A DNA stretch of 64,000 nt from Eledone cirrhosa (GCA_964016885.1 OZ024743.1:28644001-28708000); one strand, 5' to 3'; positions 39,170 through 52,700 are shown, counted from the stretch's first letter. Notes: generated by a model not told the origin, from the letters alone. Translations and numbers: made by a program.

Positions 39170-41319
39170 AGACCGTCTTCTTCTCTGGTGACACCGCTTC
39201 GCAGCAAGGATGGCAGAGAACTTCTTCGTGACTCACAAGGAATTCTACGAAGGTGGCGAGAGAACTTTGATGATCTTTTGAATCAGCTGTCTGTCGTCAG
39301 TGAAGATTTCCTCAATCTCACTCCAGAAAGTCCTGTGAAAGTAGCTCTCGCAGAACCTCCGACGCTTGTGGAGGTTGCAGTGGCTATCTCGAAGCTGAAC
39401 AGTGAAAAGTCTCCAGGTATGGATGGCATACATGCTGAGCTCCTGCAATATGGCGGTGAGAGACTCCTGCAACATCTTCACTCTTTGTTTCGCAGGATAT
39501 GGGCTAATGAGGACTGGAGAGATGCAGTGGCCTTGTACAAGGGAAAGGGTAACAGGAATGATTGTGGGAACTACAGAGGTATATCATTGCTTTCTGTCGT
39601 AGGGAAAGTTTTATGTAGGCTGCTTCTGGAGCGTCTGCTGACACACATTGCAGATTGTGTTCTTCCTGAAAGTCAATCTGGTTTTAGTGCTGGACGCGGC
39701 ACTACTGATATGATCTTCTCAGCTAGACAGCTCCAGGAGAAGTGCATGGAACAAGGTTTGGATCTGTATCAGGTTTTTGTCGATCTGACAAAAGCTTTCG
39801 ATACTGTTAACAGAGATGCATTATGCAAGGTTCTCCAGAAACTTGGTTGCCCTGATAAGTTCCTTGCTCTAGTTAGGTCTTTCCATGACGACATGAAGGC
39901 TTGGGTTAATGTCGGAGGTAACATGTCGGAGCCTATCTCAGTAAAAAATAGAGTGAAACAGGGGGATATTCCAGCACCGACCCTGTTTGCCATATACTTT
40001 GCAATGGTTTGCTGTATTGCATTCAGGAATTGCGAGTATGGTGTTTACATCCGATATCGAACCTCAGGCAGCATATTTAACATCAGGCGCTTTGCTGCAA
40101 AGATAAAAGTATTTACATCAATCATAAGAGACCTCTTGTATGCAGATGATTGCGATCTTGTAGCGCACACAGAGAGTGATATGCAGCACATTTTGAATGC
40201 ATTTTCTGACGCTTGCACTGCCCTAGGATTGACTGTCAGTCTCAAGAAAACCGTCGTCATGTACCAACCTGCCCCTGGTAAGCAGTACACTGAACCAAAT
40301 ATCTATGTGTATGGTAAACGACTTGGAGTGGTTGATCAGTTTGTCTACCTGGGAAGCACTGTCAATCGATACAGCAACCTTGATAGTGAAATCTCACTTA
40401 GGATTAGGAAAGCAAGGGATCCTTTCGGAAAGCTAGAAAGGCGACTCTGGGGTCGGCGAGACATATGCAGGAGGACAAAGGTAAAGGTGTACAAGGCATG
40501 TGTGCTCTCTTATCTTCTTTATGCCTGCGAGACCTGGGTCACATATCGACACCACCTTAAGCAATTTGAGCGTTTCCATCAGATGTGTCTCAGACGGATC
40601 CATGGCGTTCACTGGAGGGACCACATCAGTGATGTCGAGATTTTGGAAAGCTCTATGTGTGACAGTATAGAATCTCTTGTGCTTAAGCAACGACTCCGTT
40701 GGAGTGGTCACCTTGCCAGGATGAAGGATTCTAGAATACCAAAACAACTCTTTTATGGAGAGTTAGTTAAAGGAAAACGACCGCCACATAAACCAAAAAA
40801 GAGGTATAAGGATGCCTTGAAAGCCTATTTGAAAGACGCTAACATCTCTGCTGATACATGGGAAAATATTGCTGCTGATCGTAATAAATGGAGAAAGACT
40901 GTATATGAGGGAAAAGTTGCCTTTGAGGCATCTCGAATCGCATACGAGAAAGTAAAGCGGGTTGTGAGGAAGGGCATTGCTGTTGCACTTCCAGACGGTG
41001 AGGGTCTCCTATGGTGCTGACATGCAGCGTCTGTGCGAGACTCTGCCTAAGCAAAGCTGGACTCGAAAGTCATCTTCGCAGTCATAAAGTAAGACCAGTG
41101 GTTGACTACCAGGCTGATGTTGGAGATGCTACTCATCATGCTTGCCAAGCATGTGGTAGAGAATGTAAATCAGCAGGAGGGCTCAAGCGACATGCAAAAG
41201 TACATGAACTCCAACCACAGCCGGCTATTCCCGGTGAATGTTTTGGTTGCCGGCTCTGTGCAAGACATTTTAGATCATTGGCTGGGCTAAAAAGCCACAT
41301 TCGATCGCAGCGCTGTTAG
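39170..41319 (+). pseudogene. RTE reverse transcriptase with C-terminal triple C2H2 zinc fingers (frameshift at ~41010)
   Basis: CSVC..GLESHLRSH, CQAC..GLKRHAKVH and CRLC..GLKSHIRSQ in ORF 41011-41319. Confidence 0.85.
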
Positions 41320-41499
41320 TTGCTATCGTGTGTGTGTGTGTATAGATATGTTTATGTGTGCGTGTGTGTGTATATATATATGTATATTATTATTGTTGTT
41401 GTCGTCGTTATTATTATTGTTGTTATTATTATTATTATTATTGTTATTAATATATGTGTATGTATATGTATGTGAGTGTATGTATATATATGTATGTAT

Positions 41500-41539
<40 letters not shown>

Positions 41540-41594
41540 TCTTTTTTTTTTCTCGTGCAATGGCCATACTCGATAAGGAGGGGGCAGCCATCAT
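39170..41594 (+). mobile_element. RTE-clade LINE, 5'-truncated, flanked by (TATG)n
   Basis: ORF 39158-41020: KSPGMDGI, NYRGISLLS, PESQSGF, FVDLTKAFDTV, KQGDIPAP, LLYADD, YLGS, LRWSGH, RIPKQLFYGEL. Three C2H2-type fingers follow in a shifted frame, then the 3' terminal motif at 41555-41594. Confidence 0.93.
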
Positions 41595-41673
41595 ATAATG
41601 TATGTATGTATGTATATATTAATGTTTATATGTATATAATGTATGTATGTATGTATGTATGTATATAATGTAT

Positions 41674-44600
41674 GTTATCTCTTTCTCTTAATTTCGAGAA
41701 TATTTTTTTGACCGGCCACCTTACTGGTGGCAAGGTTGTAAAAGAAAAGAGATTGTCATCCCTTGAATCGCAAGAATGTTTTGCAAATTGTGAAGGTGCC
41801 AGCTATCGCAGCCATTTGTAGACTTTGAATTATGGAGCTGCGCTCTTTGTCCGCAAATCCAAGTTCTGTCATACTGTGGTCCAAACGGGTTGGTATATAA
41901 CCCGTAGCTCCAATAATGATGGGTGTGAAGCTAAAGGTGTATCTTGGATACTGGATTTGTAAACTCCTCATCAATGGTCCGTAGATGTCCTCCTTCTCCT
42001 GTATTTTTCTGACAATGTTTACATCAAGTGGGCAGCTGATCTCCACAACAGAACACGTTTTCAATGTGTGGTCCCAAACAACAATATCAGGCCGGTTGTG
42101 CTTTAATTTGGTGGCAGTTTTTATTTTCAGGTTCCACCAGTATTCCTTAGTGCCATCTGTCTCAATATATTCTTCCTCGTTTGCTATTAATTTTGTTTTC
42201 CGATGTGCGTTCCAGATGGTTCTAGCTATCCTATCGTGTCTCATGGGGAGGTAATAGCGAGATGACATTCTTTCGCAGCTGGCAACAATGTGGCTTACAT
42301 CCTCGATCTTTGTTTTACAAGTATCCATGCACAACTTTTCTGTAAATTGGTCAATTTTTTCATCTTGTTTGAACATTGAATAGGATCTTCCGATTTCTCT
42401 GTGTGAGAGATTTATATCAGGCTTTATTCCATATCTCTCCTCCAGATCAGTGGCTATTCTAATGATATATTTTTTTTCATGCTCATAAACCTGGACAAGA
42501 TGGTTGCCAACCTTTTTCCTCTGTTGAAGGTGTTGCTGCAGTGTTACTATCCGGGTCTCATATGATGTTAATATGGATTTTAGACCCCGGCCACCTTCCT
42601 TGCGTGAGAAGTATAGCCTATCTACATCACCATTGATGTTAAAGTTCCCAGTAACATTGAGTAGTTTGTGAGTTCTAACATCCATCTCACTTAGTTCTTG
42701 CAATGACCAGTTCAGCAGGCCAAATGTTGGCGTTAGAATTGGCACAGCATAAGTATTGTGGGCAATGTATTTGTTGTACGCTGACAGTTCTGATGACCAT
42801 ATTTTCTTTACTCTTCTGAGGTATTCAGCTCTGGTTCTCTCCTTATTTATGGGTCCATCATATCTGACATTCTCATCCTGTCCAAGATATCTGTAGTTGT
42901 CACCTGACTGTAGAGGTTGTATTGTCAGGCCGTTCATCTCTAGATTTCTAGAGGAGGGCACAGCTCTTCCACGTTTTACTGCCAAATATGCACACTTGGA
43001 CTCACCAAATTTCATTTTGATGTCTGTTGAAAATTGTGTAATGAGGTCCAATTGTTTCTTGATGTCATTGATATTTGGCCCATACAACTTCAGGTCATCA
43101 ACAAAGAAAAGATGGGAGATACTTCTGGACCTACTTCTTTGTCCACCTTGTTTCCTGAGTAGGTAAGATTGTGGATTTAGTGAGAGAACGAAGAGTAGCA
43201 CTGACAAGCTATCACCCTGAAAGATGCCCTTCTGGTAATGTATCCTATCAGTCTTAACTTGCTACTTCTCACTTCTAAGGATAAAATTGGTGTACCAGTT
43301 CTTGGTCAGACGTTCAACAGCAGCTACCAGTGGTTGTGGGACTTTGGCTAACTGTAAAGCCTTAACAATCCACCCATGAGGTACACTATCAAATGCTTTT
43401 TGATAGTCCAGCCACACTACAGTCATGTTTCTGCGATTCTTTGTTGTTTTTTCTTGAATCATTTTATTAGTTAGTAGGTGATCTATGCAACCCCACACTC
43501 CCTCTTTCCACCAGCTTGCTCAGGTGTTATGGTGTTGTTGGTAGCACAGTGATCCTGTAAGAACAGGTTAAGGTACCCATACATTTATACATGATGTTTT
43601 GGCAGGCTATTGGGCGGTAATTTTTAGCAAGGGTGGTTTGGCTATTTTGGGGAATGAGGAGAGTAGTGGCAGTTGATAACCATCTGGGCAGTTCTTGTGT
43701 GCCTTTAATGGTTTCTGTAAACAGCCGTATGAGATCTTGCCGATAGGAAGTGAAATTCTTCAACCAGTATCCTGTAATGAGGTCTGGGCCTGGTGATTTC
43801 CTATTCGACATTTTCTGTAGAGCTGTTTCCAGTATTGATCCATCTATGTCATATCGTTTTGTCAGGAGATGTTGGCAGTAGTCCTGTTCCAGTTCTTTTA
43901 GCCAATTAGTTTGTCTGTTGAATCCGTCAACCTGTTCTTTTGAAGGGGTGTCATTTACAGGGATTGAGCTTTTGCCACCGAAGCTACGATAAACTGATTT
44001 AGGATCTCTGACAAACAATCTATTTAGCACTTGTCGTTTATGTGCTGTTGACTCATATTTTAGTCTTTCTGTTGTAGCTGTGAGTTGTTGTTTCAACTGG
44101 TGTAATTTGGAGTTCAAAGTTTTAAATTGTGTATCTCCAAATCGTCTCTCTAACCTTTTTTTAGGTTTTTCTGGTGTCGTGTGAAGTTGCTCTCTATGTT
44201 GCATTTCATAACGACTGCGATGTGTGAGATACTTCGTCTCAGGGACAACATTTTGCTTTTTAAATTTCGCATCCACGCTGGTTCAGGCTTTTTGTTTGTA
44301 TCTTGATTGCGTGGTTTTAGATGTGTGTTATATGATAGCAATGTGACAGCTGAAACATATAACAAAATATTAAGCATTTCAAATGTCGTTTCTACACCTT
44401 TAGATCGTATAGCCTTCAGATAACTGCCAGCTATTTCGTTCACCGCTTCCAATTCCAATTTAGTGGGTTCTTTACTGATTCTGGTGTTGTATGGTCTGTC
44501 ACTCACATTAAGGCTGTGTATCTCTTGAAACATATCGTCCCATATCACTTGTAAGGTATCCACAAGTTTTTGGTGCTCTGTTTGTACAGTAGAGTCATGA

Positions 44601-45716
44601 ATTTCAGCCTCATTGTTGATGTGGTGACAATTACTACTAGAGTTAGCTGACCATTCTCGCTGTTCTTCAGTGGAAGTGGGATGGATTTCACCAAAATTGT
44701 TGGTGAGCTGTTCACTGTTAGATTTAGCTGGCCATTCTCTTTGTCTGTCAGTGGAGGTGGCGTGGTTGTCTACAAGGGCTGTATTTGTAGTATCACTCAA
44801 TTCCGTTAGATGTATCAATTTACATCTAATGATACGTTTAAATGCTTTTGAGAAAAGTCTAATTCTGGGTATTTGGAGTTCCATAAAGTTTTTAGCCTTT
44901 GCATAAAACCGAACTTTTGGGGTTCAGATTGTTTGTATGCTTCATATAATTCTTTGTTAAGCTCGTAGCTTCACTGTATACAACGGTTGTAGTTGCGATT
45001 TGGTCGAAGGAGACTTGTATGTTTTGCCATAATGAGTTCGCCTATTCAATAATATTTTGTATTTAATTTTCAAAATAGTCGATGATCTTCTTTAAAAGTT
45101 TCGACAAAGTTCTGTCAGAATCAAATTTAAAGTTTTTCACAGCTTGGGTAATATTTTTTTCAGTTAGCTTTTAATTCTACAACTGTGTTTTAAACGTTGT
45201 TCTTGAATCGTTTGAATCGAGAACAAAAAGAACCGTTACTTAGTATATTTCTTTATGAATGTAATATAATATAACAACGCTGCATTTATATGTTAAAGTT
45301 TATGTATCATTCATATAAATAGGTGTTCTACAACTTATTCACAACATATTCACAGTTCAAACACTTATGTTTTTGTTTCTGAATCGAAAACGTTACCTGC
45401 ATATTTCTTTATAAATGTAATATAACAACGTTGCATTTATATGTTAAAGTGTATGTATCGGTCATATATCATAAGTGTATGTATCGTTCATATATCATAA
45501 GTGTATGTATCGTTCATATATCATAAGTGTATGTATCGTTCATATAAACAGGTGTTTTAAAACACACTTACAGTTCAAACACTTATGTAGAATTATTGTA
45601 TGTAATCTTACCGCGTAATATAGCTCAACTTTTTCCAATATATGGTATGTTGCCTTCATGTAAGCCGTAATTACACACGTCCGATTATCGGACACTGACC
45701 AAAACGGTCGCCATTG
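41674..45716 (-). mobile_element. Near full-length R4/Dong-clade LINE, same family as 29137, bounded by (ACAT)n at both ends
   Basis: ORFs 44884-44150, 44276-43527 (KSPGPDLI, YRPIACQN), 43498-43262 and 43207-41756 (FFVDDL, RPD). Long 5'-UTR with internal duplications, including a ~25-bp tandem at ~45450-45545. Confidence 0.93.
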
Positions 45717-46760
45717 TATGTATGTATGTATTAATTTATGTATGTATATAATGTATGTATGTATGCATGTATGTATGTATGAATATATGTATGTACATAT
45801 TTATGTATATAATGTATGTATGTATATAATGTGTGTATGTATATAATGTATGTATGAATGTATGTATATTATATATGTATGTATGCATGTATGTATGTAT
45901 GAATGTATGAATGTATGTATGTATGTACGTATGTATGTATATAATGTATGCATGTATGTATATAATGTATGTATGTATATAATGTATGTATGAATGTATG
46001 TATATAATGTATGTATGTATGTATATAATGTATGTATGCATGTATGTATGTATGAATGTATGTATATAATGTATGTATGTATGCACGTATGCATGTATGC
46101 ACGTATGCATGTATGTATGTATCTAATGTATGTATGTATATAATGTATGTATGTTTATAATGTATGTATGAATGTATGTATATAATATATGTATATAATG
46201 TATGTATGTATATATGAATGTATATAATGTATGTATGTATGTATATAATGTATGTATGTATGAATGTATGTATGTAATTTGTTCTGCTTTTGGCCAGCAA
46301 TTAGCCAGTGTATTACAGGTACTTTATTTTATCGACCCCGTAAGGATGAAAGGCAAAGTTGACCTCGGTGGGATTTGAACTCAGACTATAAAGGGCCATA
46401 ACTCTTTGCTGCAAATCATGGCATCAGACCCTCTACTGATACTGCCAATCCACCGATATAATGTATGTATATAATGTATGTATGTATGAATGTATGTATA
46501 TAATGTATGTATATAATGTATGTATGTATGAATGTATGTATATAATGTATGTATATAATGTATGTATGTATGAATGTATGTATATAATGTATGTATATAA
46601 TGTATGTATGTATGAATGTATGTATATAATGTATGTATATAATGTATGTACGTATGTATGTATGTATGTATATAATGTATGTATATAATGTATGTATGTA
46701 TATAATGTATGTATGTATATAATGTATGTATATAATGTATGCATATAATGTATGTACGTA
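45716..46760. repeat. Compound (TATG)n/(TATAATG) satellite interrupted by a SINE
   Basis: Direct reading. Confidence 0.95.
46275..46457 (-). mobile_element. SINE family A
   Basis: Reverse-complement family match. Confidence 0.85.
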
Positions 46761-46894
46761 TGAGAGTTTGTGTCTATCTAAGCATAAATTCTTTGTTTCG
46801 GTTCTACTGCGTTTCTTTAATTATTGTGACCAATCTCTCAAATTACTTAATTACACATCTCTGTTACTATCTATTTATCTATCTATCCTCTCTC

Positions 46895-47938
46895 GGTGTG
46901 GGCCCCGTGAGGCGAGCCTTCTCACGACTCGTCTCGCTGACCGAGCTGCTGTCCTGGGTCAAGCAAAGACCGAGGAAAATGGGCGACTGGCACATCTAAT
47001 GTGCTCAGGCGCTCACAGTTCTCTGGCAAACGGACCCGGCGATCAGTGGAGACTCCACTTCGACATTCTATAGAGGGTTGGTCCGCAGCAAGTGCGACGA
47101 CGCGCTCGGAGAAACTCTAAGCGTACAGGAAGACGAACTGGCCAGTCTGTTCGGTAGGACCTTACGCCTGGGACCAATGGACAACTTCCAAAATCCCTGG
47201 CCTGGCAGTGCTACCGAGGAGCTCTACCAGTTTGAGACAAGCTCTACAGACACGGGCACCTGGGCAGGGACCCTTCGAAAAAGATCTGTCCGAGATGCGT
47301 GCGCGACAAGGAAACCGTCGCGCACGCATTTGTACACTGCGCGGGCATTACCGACCTGTGTGGCTATGTAGAACGACTATTGTCGCGGGTGGGAACAATC
47401 CAGTTGACCACCGAGTCCATTGTCATGATCAAACCGCCACCCTCCTTCAAAAACCAGGGAGAGGCGGTTTTCCTATGTGTTATGGCTATGGTGAAAGAGG
47501 TTATATGGTGGACGAGGTTAAAAGGGCTGAGGTCAGACACCTTTCTCTCCGGCGAGCAACTGATTCATTTTTTCAAATATCCTTTTGGAAGAAGAATCAG
47601 GATGGAGAGAGAGGTGCTGTACCCCAGCAACATTTTTTATAAAAGGTGGGTGAATTTGGCAAAGATGGCCCGAGTGGTTGGGCCTTCTCTCTATATAAGC
47701 CTGTAGGTTGAGGAAAAAGAGGAAGAGAGGAAGGGAGTACTCACTCTTGGTGCTCCTGGAGATGAGGGTTGTACATTTTATGGGGTGTGTACAACCCCTG
47801 TGTAACGTCTCCCCCCTATTGGGGATTTCAATTGTTATTTGTTATTTTATTAATAGTTTTATTTTCATATACCTGTATGTAAACTCCCTACTTGTATTTG
47901 TCCCCTTCTTTTGTGCCCTTGTGGCTAATAAAGAAATT
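46895..47938 (+). mobile_element. Tx1 LINE 3' fragment (relative of 6191-11922) with a 15-bp TSD
   Basis: ETVAHAFVHC...KEVIWWTRLKG matches the first copy; AATAAA end; TATCTATCCTCTCTC at 46880-46894 and 47939-47953. Confidence 0.9.
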
Positions 47939-47972
47939 TATCTATCCTCTCTCTCTTTCTCCCTCTCTCTCA

Positions 47973-48060
<88 letters not shown>

Positions 48061-48156
48061 CAATAATAATAAATGTGAAGACTAAAATCCGAAGAGAGCT
48101 CGATAAGGATAATATATATATAAATATATATAAAAACCGTAGATCAAATATTTATT

Positions 48157-48403
<247 letters not shown>

Positions 48404-49107
48404 TGAGAGAGAGAGATATATATAGAGATATAGATATACATATATATATACTTAAATATTTTTTGTAACTCCCGTGTAACTGTAAACATATGTAAACGGG
48501 AATATACGTGCGGCAAACATACGTATACTTGTATAATCACATTGCACCCATATAGCCATGTAATTCGACGGCTGCACCTTGATGACGTAAGTCACCCACG
48601 TAGGTTTGATTTCTGTTATGCTAGGAATGTTTGGGTATGGTTTTGAACAGGACGATTGGTTTTACTTCATGTATGGGGAGACTTATAACTGGTGGGAGGG
48701 GGTAAGGTTGAATGTAAGCTTATAGATTAAATTTGCTTGAGGTCATGAATAGCGTTGGTTTGGTGTCGATTTACTTGGATTTATCTTCAGGCAATTAACA
48801 GTGGTCATTATATATACAAATGTAGACTAATATGCATATAAACACACATACATACACACAGACAGACAGATATATATATACATATATGTATATATATATA
48901 TACACAGATAAATCTACCAATCAATGGTAGGGTCTAAACCGTATGAAGAACTCAATGTAATCCGTATGTAGAAGATGTCGTGAAGCAAAGTTTAAAATAC
49001 AAAATTTTCAACGATATAATTCATTGGATGCAGAGTCAAAAATAGAAATATTAAAACAATGAAATTAAACACAAAACGGTTAATTCATAGTAAAACTCAT
49101 TATTTTA

Positions 49108-49240
49108 CATTATTTTACAATCGTTTCTGGGGTAAGTTCCCCGTATGTCCATTCAATTATTGATCTATGTAAAATATTACAAAATATCATAGTAAGAAAA
49201 AATACATACGTCTTCACTACTCGCCGTCTTCAGAAATAAT
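49108..49240 (-). ncRNA. Type I hammerhead motif, left-arm copy (more mutated)
   Basis: Minus: ATTATTT-CTGAAGA-CGGCGAGTAGT...ACTTACCCCA-GAAA-CGATTG-TA-AAATAATG. Confidence 0.6.
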
Positions 49241-49455
49241 TGTTTCTACTTTAGGCACAAGGCCAGCAATTACCCAGTGCATTACTGGTACTTTATTTTA
49301 TCGACCCCGTAAGGATGAAAGGCAAAGTAAACCTCGGCGGGATTTTAACTCAGACCGTAAAGGGACGTAACTATGCTGGAAAGCATGGCGTCCGACTCTC
49401 TACCGATACTGCCAATCCACCGCCAATTCACCGCCAATCCACTGCCAATCTGCCA
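49236..49455 (-). mobile_element. SINE family A, present in the left arm only
   Basis: Family match; absent from the right arm. Confidence 0.85.
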
Positions 49456-50198
49456 ATATAATATAATAAGTTGAGGAATATAAATGAAACGAAATGGAAG
49501 TGAAATTTAGATATAATATAGATAAAATATTATATAGGTAAGAAAATACTAAAGTTTGTGTAAGTATTGTATTGTGTTAGAGTGGTTAGACTGAAGTTTT
49601 CCCTGTAGGGAACTATATTTTCGAATAAGAATCTACATTAATAATCTGTTTTTTTTTTTTTTTAAAGAAGGTTTAAATGGATATCAGTTAGATTATTGAC
49701 AATAATTGTTTCTACTTTAGGCCCAAGGTTAGCAATTACCCAGTGTATTACTGGTACTTTATTGAAAATAATGTAATATATAGTGCTAAATTATAGTTAA
49801 TTACTTAAAACAGTTATAGGGATGAGGTATAGGATTTAATCCATGGATTTAAATCTAGTAGCAGAAAATATATATATATGTATATATATAGAGAGAGAGA
49901 TATACACACGCATATATATACACATATATATACACAGAAACATATACGTACACATATATATACATGCACACACACATACATATACTATATACACACACAC
50001 ACATATACATGTACACTCACACATGTATATATATGGGCATACACTTATGCATACACATACATATACACCCACACATATACATATTCATACACACACACAT
50101 ATACTCACACATTTTTTCTCCTATATTATTTCCTATATTTGTTTAGTTGTATTTATAATATTTGTATATATTTTATAATTATGCTTACATACTATAAT

Positions 50199-51408
50199 GG
50201 AGAAGAAGCTCAGGGACAACCAGAACGGCTTCAGAGAGGGTAGATCAACCACCAGTCACATCCTGATGCTGAGGAGGATATTAGAGGGAGCTAGAGCAAA
50301 GTGCCTTCCTGCGGTCATGGTTTTCATTGACTTTAGGAATGCCTTTGATTCTGTGGACCGTTACTGCCTGATGAAGATCTTACAGGCTTATGGAATCCCC
50401 AAGAGGATAGTGGACCTGATATCACTGCTCTACACCAACACCAAAGCCCAAGTCATTACACCTGATGGGATGAGAGAGTTCTTTGAGATACTGGCTGGAG
50501 TGCTCCAGGGAGATACATTGGCTCCCTACCTTTTTATCATCGTAGTGGACTATTGTATGCGCCTTGCACTGGAGAAACACCAGGACTCTGGCTTTACTGT
50601 AGCACCGGCTCAGAGCAGGAGAGTTAGGGCGAAAAAGGTATCGGATGCTGAATTTGCCGACGACATAGCTTTGGTGACAAATACAGTGAAGGAGGCAGAG
50701 GATTTGATGCGGGAGGTTGAGACTGTGTCGATGAGTGTGGGGCTGAGAATGAATGAGACTAAAACAAAATATCTGGTAGAGAATGTTGAGAAGCCAGAGG
50801 GGATCACTAATGTAGGTGGGAAGCCGCTAGAATTGGTTGAGGGCTTCCTGTATTTGGGAGCAAAGATTGGGAATACGGAATATGATGTGGTTGAGAGGAA
50901 GAGCACGGCCTGGGCGGCGTACCACAGCTTGAGATCGGTGTGGGAATCGGACCTTCGTAGAGACCTGAAAATCCGCCTCTTCATTGTTGTAGTGGAGTCT
51001 GTGCTGCTGTATGGGTCTGAGACTTGGACACTGACCAAGAAACTCACTCAGATGGTGGGTGGGTGCTACACGAGAATGCTGAGGATGGCTCTGAACATTA
51101 ATCAGTATACACTGAGGATGAAAAACTCAAAGCTGTATGGGAGCATCCCAAAGGTCAGCTCAAAAGTGACACAGAGGAGACTGAGGTTAGCTGGACATGC
51201 TCACCGACATCCAGAGTTGACATTGCACTCAGTGCTCCTTTGGGAGCCCATTCATGGACACACTAGAAGGGGAAGACCAAGGTTAACGTATGTTGATGCC
51301 CTAAGGACAGACACTGGTCTGTTGGAGACGCAGGACATGGCAGCGATAATGAGGGACAGAGACCGCTGGAGAGAACTCGTCCATGGATCTCGGGAATTTT
51401 ACCCGCCT
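50199..51408 (+). mobile_element. RTE-clade LINE, 5'-truncated, single open frame, 10-bp TSD
   Basis: NQNGFREGRST, FIDFRNAFDSV, GVLQGDTLAP, EFADDI, FLYLG, LLYGSETW, RGRPR. ATACTATAAT at 50189-50198 and 51409-51418. Confidence 0.92.
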
Positions 51409-52514
51409 ATACTATAATTAATTCAAAATTAGAAGAACATTCAAATATTATAAATACAACTAAACAAATATAGGAAATAATATAGGAGAAAAAATGTGTG
51501 AGTATATGTGTGTGTATGAATATATATATGTGTGGGTGTATATGTATGTGTATGCATAAGTGAATGCCCATATATATACATGTGTGAATGTGCATGTATA
51601 TGTGTGGGTGTATATAGTATATGTATGTGTGTGTGCATGTATATATATGTGTACGTATATGTGTGTATGTGCGTGTGTGTGTGTATATATATATATGTGT
51701 ATATATATGTGTGTGTATATCTCTCTCTATACATATATATATATTTTCTGCTACTAGAATTAAATCCATGGATTAAATCCTATACCTCATCCCTATAACT
51801 GTTTTAAGTAGTTAACTATAATTTACCACTATATATTACATTATTTAAGTAGTTAACTATAATTTACCACTATATATTACATTATTTTCAATAATCTAAC
51901 AAAACCTTTAAATGATATCCATTTAAACCTTCTTTTAAAAAAAAAAACAACAGATTATTAATGTAGATTCTTATTCGAAAATATAGTTCCCTACAGGGAA
52001 AACTTCAGTCTAACCACTCTAACACAATAAAATACTTACACAAACTTTAGTATTTTCTTACCTATATAATATTTTATCTATATTATATCTAAATTTCACT
52101 TCCATTTCGTTTCATTTATATTCCTCAACTTATTATATTATATTATATTATATATTTTTAGAACAAATTATTCCTCACAACAAGGAAATAAAAAACATTT
52201 TAAGATGGTTCTATACCATTCTACTTGACATAACACACTAATATCACTACCCCTTTTCCTCCAACAGTAATCTTCTTTGACCATCAACAATTTTATATAC
52301 AATATGTCTAAATTTATTTACACTAACAACTCTCATTTCTTTTCTTAAAAGTCATTTGATACCTTGTCTCCTGGCGGCCTAATTATTCATCTACTTCTAC
52401 CAACTTTAAGGATCTATACTGCCCCTTCCTATTCTAGCTATTGGTCAATTTCAACCTAGTTATAAAACGTTACTTATTCATATGTATGTTGTTTTTTTGT
52501 ATTCTTCAATAAAC

Positions 52515-52661
52515 AAAACTCATTATTTCTGAAGATGGCGGGTAGTGAAGAAGTATGTATTTTTTCTTACTATGATATTTTGTAATATTTTACATATATC
52601 AATAATTGAATGGACATACGGGGAACTACCCCCCAGAAACGATCGTAAAATAATGAGTTTT
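52515..52661 (+). ncRNA. Type I hammerhead ribozyme with 14-bp stem I and extended stem II
   Basis: AAAACTCATTATTT-CTGAAGA-TGGCGGGTAGT (~78 nt) ACTACCCCCCA-GAAA-CGATCG-TA-AAATAATGAGTTTT. Confidence 0.78.
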
Positions 52662-52700
52662 ACTATGAATTAACCGTTTTGTGTTTAATTTCATTGTTTT

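Noticed and set aside
41011-41319. Stand-alone host C2H2 zinc-finger gene
   Set aside because: It is contiguous with the RTE RT, followed by the RTE 3' end, and lacks TGEKP linkers.
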